Positions 53,140-64,000 of a DNA stretch of 64,000 nt are shown here, piece by piece. Numbering within the stretch: position 1 is the stretch's first letter; every line of letters begins with the position of its first letter. The notes beneath the pieces are model-generated. The model did no database searches. It was not told where the DNA came from and saw only the letters and a program-made list of their open reading frames with translations. Source of the stretch: Vicugna vicugna (taxonomy: Eukaryota); NCBI GenBank assembly GCA_013265495.1, contig MU058000.1, positions 2,356,001 through 2,420,000 of the forward strand. The letters run 5' to 3'. The translations under genes and the position numbers were made by a program.

Positions 53140-53670
53140 CCAGATACCACTATGGGCCAAACATTATTTTAGGGAGACTGCAGAGACCCAGACTAAATGT
53201 CTGCTCTTCTATAGCTTTATGTTTTAATGAGGAAGGTATACAGTAAACAGATTCAGAATAGACTTGTGTATTAATTTTTCTTATAGTAATATAGGCTATA
53301 AAAAATAAAGTACAGTAATGGAGTGCGTGGTGACAATAGCAGAGCTGATAAAATGTTTAGGAACACACTGATAAGATAATAATAACATAAAGAGCTAAAT
53401 GGTGAGAACAAACCGATATAGGAAAGTGTGGGAAGAGCTTTCTCGGTAGAATGAACAGTGTTTGTACAGGGGGAGGGGACATTTGACATATTTTAGACAA
53501 TGGCCTCAGACAACTGAAATAGCGAGAAAGCAGAAAAGATGAGGGGAGAAAGTCAGTTGACAGATGATTCAGATGAGATGCTTGGATTTTATTATCCTGT
53601 GTGTTTGCAAGTCAGCAAAGGAGTTTAGCAGGTAACAATCTCTTAAAGAGGTGTTTTTGATTGCTGTGCC
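53140..53670 (-). mobile_element. LINE-2 3' fragment
   Basis: ccactatgggccaaacattattttaggg...tctgctcttctatagctttatgttttaatgagg...gggaagagctttctcggtagaatgaacagtg...cttggattttatt. Confidence 0.6.
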
Positions 53671-55199
53671 ACTTTTTTTCCTGCTAAAACAGAATTTTTA
53701 TATTATTTTATAAGCTAAAACGTAATTTAAAAATATATCTTTTCAAGGAACAGTAAGGTTCTTAGAATAAGTTCTACATTCAAATCTTGGCTGTACTTTT
53801 GTGTGCCATGCAATGCTCTGGATTCCAGTTTCTTCGTCAGGAACGTGGATAAATATCTTACATGGAGTATCTCAGTATAACACATGAATTTATAACACAT
53901 GTAACAGTCATCAGTATTTTTTCAGTGAAGTACCATTATCAGTTTAGAACAGTCTGTTAAATTATAGGCTTTGCCACAGAATAATATATAATTTTTAACT
54001 TTTCTGAATTCTTATATTTTAGGTAATTATTTTCAAATATAGATAAGCTTATCCTTTACATTTTGTTCTTTAAATTTTAAAGGAAATGGGAAGTCTTGGG
54101 CTGTAGAAAGCGTAAAATTATACCAGGCTGCAATAGCAAACAGGTGCATCTCTGAAAAGGAAAGATAGAACCCATATGAATAATGCAAATTCTCCAAGAG
54201 AAAATGCTGCATGTGTTTATTTAGATTATCAATAGATTTGGTTATGAACTTAGACATATCTGGATTTTTCAAAGATTTTTAATAAAGAGCTAGTGAGAGA
54301 GATCAGTGGGAGCTGGCATTTATAAAAGATTATAGAAGATAATGGAAAAAGTTCTAAACGTAAAACTAGTTTTTTCACCGTTTTTAAATGTCAATGAGTA
54401 TTCCGAATCATATCCCAAAGCTCTGTAAAGATATTGTTTCACTTCCCAAAGTTTTCCTCTCTTATGAAAAATGTAAAAATAACTTTCTTGGAAAAGAAAA
54501 GATCCTTCTACAAAATCAACAGCAGCAAAGACAAACACCTTGATAGACACATAGCATTATCACTTGGCTTAGAAGTTTTATAGACAAGCATTGATTTACA
54601 TTGGAAGGCAAAGAGAAACAATTTTTATGAGTGCAAGTATATATGAGCCCAGAGGAGCTAAAGTCCATGGTGAGAAACATTAGTCAAAGGAAAAAAAAAA
54701 AAAATCCTGTGCTGTGTACAAAACAAGATAACTTCATTGTATATAACATATTTTACGTAAACTGCGTTGCAAAAATGTTTTACACTGTTAAACTATATAA
54801 GACCCTGACTAGTGCATGTGTATTTTGTGATATAAATTATAAAAGTATGTAAATATATTGCATTGTGACTAAGTTAAAGACTCAATCACAAAGTCAAGCA
54901 GTGAGGAAGAAGGAAAATAAGAATTATAGGCAGAAGTAGGAAATACAGGGTGGATATTTTATATAGTATCTACAGTCAGAGAAAGAATGTCCTGGTGTAA
55001 AGATAGAATCGGAGAAATGTCCAAATATAGCAGACTATGGATAGAAAAGAGGACTGAAAAAAAAAATCGTAATAAAACAGCAAATAATAGTACAAGATAG
55101 TCAACTGTACTTTGCAATTCTTATGTTTGCTCAAACTTCAGCACAGCCCCTCAGCTTCAAATTCATTGCAATGACAAAGATCAAAAGAGAAAAATCTCA

Positions 55200-55410
55200 G
55201 CAATTATATCTACAGCTCTAGCCCTGTTTTTAAAGGGCTTAATCTCTGTGAATAGATTATGCCCACCCAGATAATGTCCCTATTTGAAGGATAATTTATT
55301 AGTAACTCCAACTACAAATGGAAAAACCTCTTTTGTCATGTACCAAGATAATGAGGGTAATAATGATGAGGGACAAAGTTTATGGGGCCTCCTAGAATTC
55401 TGCTTACCAT
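55200..55410 (-). mobile_element. MLT1-family LTR fragment
   Basis: ttttaaagggctt...gattatgcccacccagataatgtccctattt...ggggcctcctagaattctgcttaccata. Confidence 0.7.
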
Positions 55411-55584
55411 ATTTTTCCTACTCTTGCCTCTCCCCTACACAATTTAGTATTTACACAGAAGTCAAAATTATAATTTTAAAATAAAAAGCATCTGCACCAT
55501 TTTTCTACTTTGAACTCTCTGGATCCTCTTTCAATTTACCGTTTCTGAGCTCAAAAAACGTATTTTTTTTTTCTCCAGTTACTA

Positions 55585-55745
55585 AAATCCTAATCAGATA
55601 AACTTAGGTTTGTAGCTAGTATACTTTGTGTACTTTGGCAACAATTTCTCTGAGTTTAGGTTTGATTATCTATAAAAATTTATTTGCCATATGGTTATTT
55701 GGGGACATAAATGAGATAATACGTATCAATAGTGCTTTACAAATG
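55585..55745 (+). mobile_element. MIR SINE fragment
   Basis: tgtgtactttggcaacaatttctctgagtttaggtttgattatctataaaa...ggggacataaatgagataatacgta. Confidence 0.65.
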
Positions 55746-57566
55746 ACTTATTATACACATTAAATAAATCACCCAATCATTCTGTTCCCATCTTTGCTTA
55801 TCTACCTGGGAGAAATCTGCCTATTTGTTCTATCTTTTGTCCAAATGGCTGTCTAGGAACCGTCTAAACAGTATATACGATACAGGGAAAAGGCTGGTAT
55901 TCATTGCAGTAAACACAAAGTGATACTGTCTGAAGCACTGGTCTAAGCCCTGTGAAAAGCACAAAGACAGCATAAATGTTAGACTGTGTCCTTCAGGAGT
56001 TTGGACTCTGGTGGTAATGGATGAAATTAGAAACGCCATGAAATAGAATTGACATCTCTGGTATAAACGGAACCACAGTCTAGTTTCAGGCAATGGGTAT
56101 GTCTGTCTCCAAAAGGCGTCTTCTCAGATTTGGCCATTTATTTAATTTTGATTTGTGGTAGGAAAGCTTGTCTGAAATGAGATTTATTAGAGATGTAATA
56201 GAATAAGCTAGGTAGTATGAATATGCCCTACTGTTTTCCCCAAAGAAAAATGTTACATGAGCTTAAACCACCATTGTAGATAGTCATTGGAAAGCAATGA
56301 TTCTAATTAATGAAATATGTTTCTCATAATTGCTATTTAGTTAAATGAGACTACCATGACACACTACGTTAGATACTCATTATTTAAAACATATGTTTTA
56401 AGACTGAGCAATTATAAAACAAGCTATTCACCTCAAACTTAAATAGATTCATAATAACTCACTTGTACATAATTAACAGACAATAATTACTTTAGTAAGC
56501 CTATATTATAAGGTCAAGCTAATACAAATTAGGAACAAAACTTGCTATGTTCAACTTCCCAGCTGTTATTTATATTTTCAGATTTTTCTCATTGAATTTA
56601 ACATAAAATAGGACAAACTCACTTGTGATCGACACATTTGAATGAGTACAAGAACTAAACTTATTCACAACAGTAGCTCTTAAAAGAGATTCTAAACAGA
56701 AACATGTGGTACAGAAAGTTAGTCTTTGAATGTTTACTTCTTTTGGTTCCCTCTGTTCATCCTTGAACTTAAGTAGTAAAAATGTTAGCAAAGTCAGTTC
56801 TTAAGCATAATTATTTGGAAGGTAAACTTTGATCACGATCTCACTTTGGTCTTTATGGTTTGTGTTCATCCAATAAGTGACAAACAGACTTGTTACTATC
56901 CACTCCCCCTTCTGATCCTGAACTTTATCGTGAAATCATGTGCCATGTTTTCAAGAATGTGGTATTTCTACAATGGTTAAATTCTTTGAAGCTCTCAGAG
57001 GACGATTACAATGCTCAACAGATTGCTTTTGTAATACTGTGCAGTATAATTGAAAGAGAACCATCATTCTCTATCAGCTCCGGCTATTATGGACCCCACT
57101 TGGTGCTCCCCTAGTGTCTTAGTTTAGCCCTGGGCTAGAAATGATCATGATATTATGATTGTGTCATTACTGGTTTATATTACCTACCAAAGTGTAAGTA
57201 CAAGAACCGTATCTATTTACATATACAATTTTAGTGCCTTAAAATGCATTGTTGGAGTTTCATCAGGTACAGAGTGAATATTTATTGAATGAATCACTGA
57301 ATGAAGCATACAGTCTTCTCATTTGGAAAAAAAGAAACATAGCAAATAATTTTAACTAGTTTGTCTCAGTTTCATCATCTATAAAAAAAGGTAGTTAAAT
57401 TAATAAACTTTAGCTTAATGGCTTAATGTACCTAGAATAATATTATTTAATCAAGTCACAAAACTATGAATTTTCTAACTTTAAGTTTGACATTCATTTA
57501 CTCATATTTATTTTTTAAATAAATTTATGTATTTAAAAATTTATATTTTATATATTCTTTTGAGAG

Positions 57567-57689
57567 TTTTTTTTTAGGGGGAGGTAATTAAGCTTATTTA
57601 TTTATGTTTTAAATGGAGGTACTGAGGACTGAACCCAAGACCTCATGTGTGCTAAGCACATACTCTACCACTGAGCTATACCCTCTCCC
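57567..57689 (-). mobile_element. tRNA-derived SINE, camelid vic-1-like
   Basis: The minus strand reads gggagagggtatagctcagtggtagagtatgtgcttagcacacatgaggtcttgggttcagtcctcagtacctccattt...taattacctcccccta(A)n. It has a Pol III A box (tagctcagtgg), a B-box-like motif (ggttcagtcc), a tRNA-unrelated tail and poly(A). Confidence 0.88.
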
Positions 57690-59219
57690 TACTGATATTT
57701 CTAATGCCCTCGTATTCTGGACTTTCTTATATTATTTCACGTACTCGAAAGATGGCATCTGGATATTCATGATTGGAAGAGATTGACCTTGGGTAGAATT
57801 TTAGGATTAGCAAAACTAAAATTATCCAGGGTATTTTCATTAGGAAATTATTAGACAGATCAAGAATTTCTATTGTTTTAAAAGAAAGATTTGTAAAAAA
57901 AAAAAATTTAGAATTTTTTTCTATGTTGCTCATCAGGGTTGACAAATTTAAAAAGGATACAATAATTCAGTGGATAAGTCTTCCTAGAAATAAAGATCAC
58001 ATTTGGTGGGAGTAACCTTTTTCGTACATTCTTTGGAACCTGAATAAAATATGGGGAAGAAATTAATCTGATATATAAATTACTATTGCTATGTTGTTGA
58101 CAGGAATGTACAAAATAGCAAGATAATACCTTGGTCCCTATCATTATACTCAGACCTAAATAGCTCTTCACTTGTCTGCCTCCAGAATTCTCTCCAATCA
58201 AACTAATGCTCAGTACTGGAATTATACCAATTTTAGAAGTTACCTTCTTGAGAAATCTCAGTTGCTCCCATTACTCAACTGAGTCAAATCTCCTGGGATT
58301 TTTGACAACTTTTGTACCTAATGCTTTTCAAAAAAACCAAGTTCATTTCCTACAGTATTCTAGCACACACCATTTACTTACATTTGAGTGAGTCTAATTA
58401 CAGTTATCTTGCTTGATTCTGCACTCAAGACTTCACTTATACTATTTATTTCCTTATTCTAAATATTCTGTTCTTCCTTCTACGTACTTAACCCTCATCT
58501 AGTCAATGATAGCCTATTCAACTTCCACTCTTCATTTAAATAATTCTTCTGTCTGTATCAGTTGAATTTTTTCTTCTGAAAAATTATATTCAGATCCAAA
58601 TGATTGACACGTAATAGTTCTCAACGTGTTGGGAAAATTTCCTGAGGACATGGATCACGCCTTACAATTTTTGTGTCTCTCCCATTTCTTCCAGATATTC
58701 ATGAAATATTTTCTAATGATTGACCATTAACAGAATTAATAATAACCTCATTAAAAATCAATCACTATTAGTATTGGTAATTGACTGGAAATGGGAAAGA
58801 TTCTTGTATAGACTAGTGTTTATTAAAGCTAAAATCTCTACTTATGGGGCAAGGAAAAAATATATCTAGTCATTCCATTGCTACATCAGCGATATTAATA
58901 GAGAACACGTAAAGGAGATTTTTGTTCTAAAAATACATTTTTATCATTCTAAATTCTCGTGAGCCTTATGGTTTTTCCCAAAGAATTTTAAAATATATTT
59001 CTTCATGTAAGCTTACTTTTTAATAGATTCAGCGAATGATGCCTTTATGAACGTATACATAGACCCACAGACACACATACATACACAAAGAGCAATTAAA
59101 AGAAAAAAAAAATCCAAAAGATGTTTGGGGGTTTGTTTTCCACTTGAGGAAAATGGAAAAATCAAAATTTTAAGTAGATATATAATTATGCCATCAGTAT
59201 CTTCATTATTACCACAATA

Positions 59220-59460
59220 ATTATCAGAGCTAATATTTTTATTGTGGGATCACTATATGCCAGAGTCCTTATTGTGTTACACATATACCGTCGTTTTTAA
59301 TTTAATTTTCCCCTCTATGAGGGAAACAATATTATTATATTTTTTAATACATAAAAAATAAAAAAGTGAGAAAAGTTCAGCTTTCTGTTCACAGTCACAC
59401 AGCCCAGAAAGGGATACATATGGATTCAAACTAAAACACAGTTGTAAATGATAGCTATTC
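59220..59460 (-). mobile_element. MIR SINE
   Basis: agagctaatatttttattgtgggatcactatatgccag...ctctatgaggg...ttcacagtcacacagcccagaaaggg...ggattcaaact. Confidence 0.6.
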
Positions 59461-59643
59461 TCATTACTGTTGTTATCATAAACACTATTTCTGAAGTTCC
59501 CAGAGGCACCACTTGGAGGCGAGACTTAACTCTGTTTATATAGTTCATGAACACATCTGCCATGTTTGTTGATATGATGCATAAAATGAGACTAAATACC
59601 TTGAAAATTCACACTATCAGTAATTATCACCTGTGTTGGGAAG

Positions 59644-60121
59644 TGTCGACTGAAATCAATGCGCAGCCTAAAAGTTGAGAGTTCTGTTTTATTTGGCGGG
59701 AGGACTCGAGCCGGGATGACAGCCTCTCAGATGGCTCTGAGGCACTGCTCCTAAGAGGTAGGGGAGGAGCCAGGATACACAAGAGCTTTACAACAAAGGC
59801 CAGGTAGTCGGAGCATTAAAAGATTACTTGTTAACTAAGGAAAACCAGGCATCTCAAGTCAAAGAACTTCGCGCTTTTCTATCTATGGGAGGAAGCAAAC
59901 ATTGGGCTCATCGAATTCTTTCCTTTGACAAGCTTCCAGCTATCTAGGGCCAGCATCCTGTCCTTTCTTATTCTGAGTCCCCTCAGGGTGCACCATTGTG
60001 AGAGGCTGCAGGGGCCGGGCTGCGGGCTTGTCTTCACTGGTGGGTGGCGGCAGCCGCTGATGACTTGATGGTTTCAGCATTCTTTGTTTACTGATATGGT
60101 TTGCAGTACTTTTCATTCACA
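59644..60121 (-). mobile_element. Young solo LTR (ERV1-class, MER41-like, probably lineage-specific)
   Basis: TG...CA termini (tgtcgactgaaa...ttcattcaca), 478 bp. Near-TSD gaag/gaac. tttatt (AATAAA on the minus strand) at about 59688. Many CpGs are retained. Confidence 0.85.
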
Positions 60122-63100
60122 GAACCGTATTACAATAAAATTGTTCTCTTTAAGAAAAAACTATCCCTAATTGTTGATTTGATTGAGTTTGAAAATCTTT
60201 TATTTATTTTTTTTTTTGAGTTGCACTTAATTTTAGATCATTTTTCAAAAATGTTTTTCGGTGGACTGCTAATCATTTACCATTTCATGAACACTGATCA
60301 TGTGTTTGCTCTGCAGCGATCATCGGTAATCAGTCACACGTCCTTCAGGGAGGAACGCATCCCTTTCTTCTGTCAACCATAACTTTCCCACAGGGAACTG
60401 TGTTGTTTTTGCTTGACTCCCCTTTCCCGGATTTAAATTTTTTGGGGGGCACCTGATCATAGGTAAGTCAGTCAATCCCTTCCCTGGAGCACTGAAACTA
60501 AACAGGTAAATACAGACAGGTGTCAAAGCATTAAAGAGGTTGGTCTGCAGAAAGAGGAAAAAAACCAAAAACAGTCTGGCATAGGGAATCAGGAGAAGGA
60601 AATTTCTGATGTCATCCAATAAACCCTTAGCACATTGTTCTCTTAGGCTGAAGTGCCCTCTTTGCCTTCACGCGCCTTCACTGTTGACCTCTGCCTCATA
60701 CTCTGTGATACCTCTCATTATTCTAGTTGCATAAATTCTATAAAGATCTTCTTTTCCTTATTTTTAGCTTTATTTTTGTTTTAAGCCAACTGAAATGATT
60801 TATTTTTGCCTGAAATAGTCCTGATTTTTTTCATGCTCAAATGAAGGGCTATATTTTATGCTATTCAAGCCCAGGTATCAAATGCTTAATAAAAGTTTAT
60901 TAAATTGAATGTTACCAAATTGTTTGAATTTAAGACTATGAGACAAACTAGGGTTGAAGGAGCCAAGGGAGCAGAAGACCTAATAGTTTTCTTTGATTTA
61001 TAACTTTCTTTTATTTCCAAAATAACCTTAACAGAAAAGCAAATTACAAGCTTGTACAGAAAGACACTTGACTATTTTTACTGGATTGCATTGCTAGAGC
61101 TCAGCAGTAAAAAAGGAGCTTTTCAATCTATTAGGAAAAAAAAAATAGGAAAAGAACTGTTTGAACCTGAGCAGTTATACAAAACAGAAATTGGCTTGGC
61201 CAGTCCTCTCAAATCCTGTTGCTTTTATTGGAAATGGTTTCTTTTTCAGTAAGTGCTTTTTACAGTTGCTTTGCCTGGACCTACAACTATAGACCTCATG
61301 GTTAAGAAAATGGTTGTACAGAGACACTGCCAGGGACTTTTTCATCGGAAGGAATGAGGGGAGGAAAACACGGGTACTGAGTAGTGGGATTGTTTATACA
61401 AAAATCCACACGCCCTGTTTTATGCTGTTCGTGGTTGAAAGCTTTTCTCCATAAGAAAATCCATCCATTCTAAGCCTAGTATCTTTCCTTCTTTTTTTAC
61501 AATCTGACTGCTGGCGGGGGGGAAAAAAAAAGACAGAAAAAAAGAAAGAAAGAGACAAACCCAGAATCTTGGCTCATTTTCAGGCATATTCTGGTGAGCT
61601 ACTCAATGAACTCGTTTGAATGGTAACCCACCCCTGAACCACAAACGGCAATTCAGGAACTGATCATTTTGAATTATTCATGAAACAGTCAACCTTGACA
61701 TTCTGAACATTGTGTTTGAGAATAAGAGAACGGAACAAGAGACCTGCAACGGTCATTATTAGGAAGCAATAGCTGCTATTCAGATGATGACTAGCACCCA
61801 GAAGGAGTAATCAAGTCTAAAATAGAGCTGCTTTACATTTGAAAGGGTTTCATACAAACGTCTGGGAAATATAACTATTTCAGGTAGTATTTATTTTCCA
61901 TCCTCCTCCATTTATTGGATATTTTACAGTAGATTTTCTTATCACATTACATTCCAGGCAGACCTTTGGGTTGTAGTCAAAGACCTATTTTAGAAGCTAT
62001 ATATTGAGCGAGGGATGTGTAAATCAATTAACTCCTAATTGTACTACATGTACAGAGATTTGTGAATGTCTTTTTCTCTCTCTATACTTTATGCATAGGA
62101 TTTCAAATAAAGGGGGGAAATGAGAGAGGGGTGTTATATGAAGGAGAGCAGCATTCTTAGCAAGAACTCTCCAAACTGCTGAGTTCAAGACATTTCAGCA
62201 AATTACTCAGGACATCTGGACTGAGCAGCGTACAGATCTCAGTAACATTGGATTGTGTGATATATAATCTTAATGATTGTGGCTTGAATTAAACACACAC
62301 ACACAGTTTCTTACTCACAAATCTCAAGGTCCCCCAGTAATTTACTCAAATAACTCTTTCAGTGTTAGGTGACTTTTGGTTAGATGCCAGGTTGTATCAA
62401 ATAAGATACTCCAGGGGCTGAAGTGTTAAGTTCGCTATGTAAAAAGATTCAGAGATTATGGTCAAATTTAGGTACTCAAGCAAATCTCCTACATTTCCAC
62501 TGTTGTTTGAAAAACGAAAAGCTTAATTCCTTGAGACAGTTCTGGTGCCGGTTTAATTCAGTTTTAGAATGTGTTAAAGAAAAAATAAAACAGCATAAAA
62601 ATCTATGCTTTAGGATTTAACGGTTTTATACTAGAATACCTTATGCAAAATGGTATACATGAACATTGTCAGAGATACATTAATTATTACCATAATACTC
62701 GTATTTGTCATGAGCCATGATAACATGGATTAACTTAATGCTCTTTTCAGCCATCACTTTTACTAATACTCACATCCAGCTCAGGGCTCCAACTCCAAAG
62801 CAGGACTTAGAAAAATTTCAAGGGGCCAGCATCACTTAGAAGACATGTATGATTCTCTGTCAATAAGACTAATTTTCCTTGAGTTTATAATCTGGGGTTT
62901 TATTGAGACACATATACTAAGATTGGAAGTACTTTAAGCAACTGTTGATCATTCATTTCTACTTTAGTTAAAGCGAATCCCAGATTTTTCACTAAAGATA
63001 AATGTTTATAGGAGAAACAATGGAGATGTCTTAATGAGAGAAGATCAGGAAATTTCAATGAGAGAAAAAGGTCAAGGAAGAGATTAAGAGAGGATTAGGA

Positions 63101-63329
63101 AAATGTTCTAAATCATAATTATTTCTTCCTGGAGACCACACAAAAGTGCTTATAAATCGACTGGGTTTGCTTTTCTTTCTATTTAATTTGAAACAGTCGT
63201 TATATAATGGTAAAAACAAATGAGGAAGAACATCTCATTTAAAAAGAGATGCATAAGAATATGTTACTCTCCTACGTGTAGGAGTTGGAAACGTAATCCT
63301 TTATTATTGGACGTAGCCTGATATGAAAG

Positions 63330-63650
63330 ACCCTGGACGTCTTTCTTCACAGAGCTCGTCTTCCACCATTTTTTCTCATCTATTTTCCAGTTGCACTTCC
63401 TATCTGTCCTTCAAGTATTTTAGGATTATTCTCATTTATGGGCCTTTGCAGTTGCTTGGCGGTCTGCTTAAAAAACTATAACTCCTTCGTTAAGGTATCA
63501 ATCCCATCATTTTTCAGTATTTATATATCAAGTCAAATGTCATCTCCTGGGAGACCTCTTTTTCTGATGACTCTAGTTAAAAAACAACCCCAATTTCCTG
63601 TCTCCAATTGATTTATTTCCTGTTTTTAGAAATTGTATCACTGCGTTGAA
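63330..63650 (+). mobile_element. LINE-2 fragment
   Basis: gggcctttgcagttgct...tcaaatgtcatctcctgggagacctctt...tttatttcctg. Confidence 0.6.
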
Positions 63651-63686
63651 ATTAATCACATAAGAATGAAAACCCAATGAAAGCAC

Positions 63687-64000
63687 TGTTAAAGATAAAC
63701 TGAAGCGAATTACATTGTTAAGAGTTTATTCGGGCAACATCCATTTAAATGGGGCAGTGGGGACCCTAAACTGGAATTGGATGAGTGTTTCGCCCTCACT
63801 AACTAGGGCGAAAGTCTTTTATAGAAAAGAGATGGAAGCAAAAAATGCCTTTATTTGGTTGGCTATAGCTTAGGTGGTTGTCTTATTTTGTAAAGCCTAG
63901 TTGGCTGTTTGTGATTGGTTGTCCTTAGGTTTTGATGTGTTAACCTGGAGGCATTTCAGACTTGGGTTTTGGTTTACTTACAAAGGCTAAGACCCTCCTT
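63687..64000 (-). mobile_element. ERV LTR (truncated by the window edge), related to the LTR at 2531-2929
   Basis: tgttaaagataaactgaagcgaattacattgttaagagtttattcgggcaa...gggcag...tttttatag...ggaagca...ttggttggctat...ttttggttt follows the same motif order as 2531-2929. Confidence 0.75.

Noticed and set aside
57615..57689. tRNA gene
   Set aside because: The stems and B box are degenerate, and it carries a SINE tail and poly(A). It is a tRNA-derived SINE.
61235..61256. Recursive splice site (tttctttttcagtaagtg)
   Set aside because: The AG and GT share one G. A recursive site needs AG followed by GT, and the pyrimidine tract is short.

Overview
AT-rich, repeat-dominated mammalian genomic DNA (intergenic or deep intronic), probably from a camelid. 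The evidence is a short tRNA-derived SINE at 57567-57689 that resembles the camelid vic-1-type SINE, recalled from memory and not searched. I can support no intact protein-coding gene, RNA gene or CRISPR array. The ORF track consists of chance ORFs, gap and microsatellite artefacts, and decayed LINE-1/ERV fragments. The window holds many old L1, L2 and MIR fragments, MaLR LTRs (MLT1A-, MLT1D-like), hAT-Charlie MITEs (MER20-, MER5-like), several ERV LTRs, a 726-nt assembly gap and microsatellites. The most notable structures are: a perfect 49-bp direct repeat with an internal hairpin and a 25-bp spacer (42771-42893); an internally collapsed provirus that keeps its target-site duplication, primer-binding site and splice donor (1591-2929); a decayed ERVL provirus with nested insertions (about 28558-31170); two atypical L1 insertions; local CpG-rich patches; and a young solo LTR. 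I found no convincing new biological system. Repeat family names are recognised by eye and need RepeatMasker/Dfam confirmation, and most boundaries are approximate.
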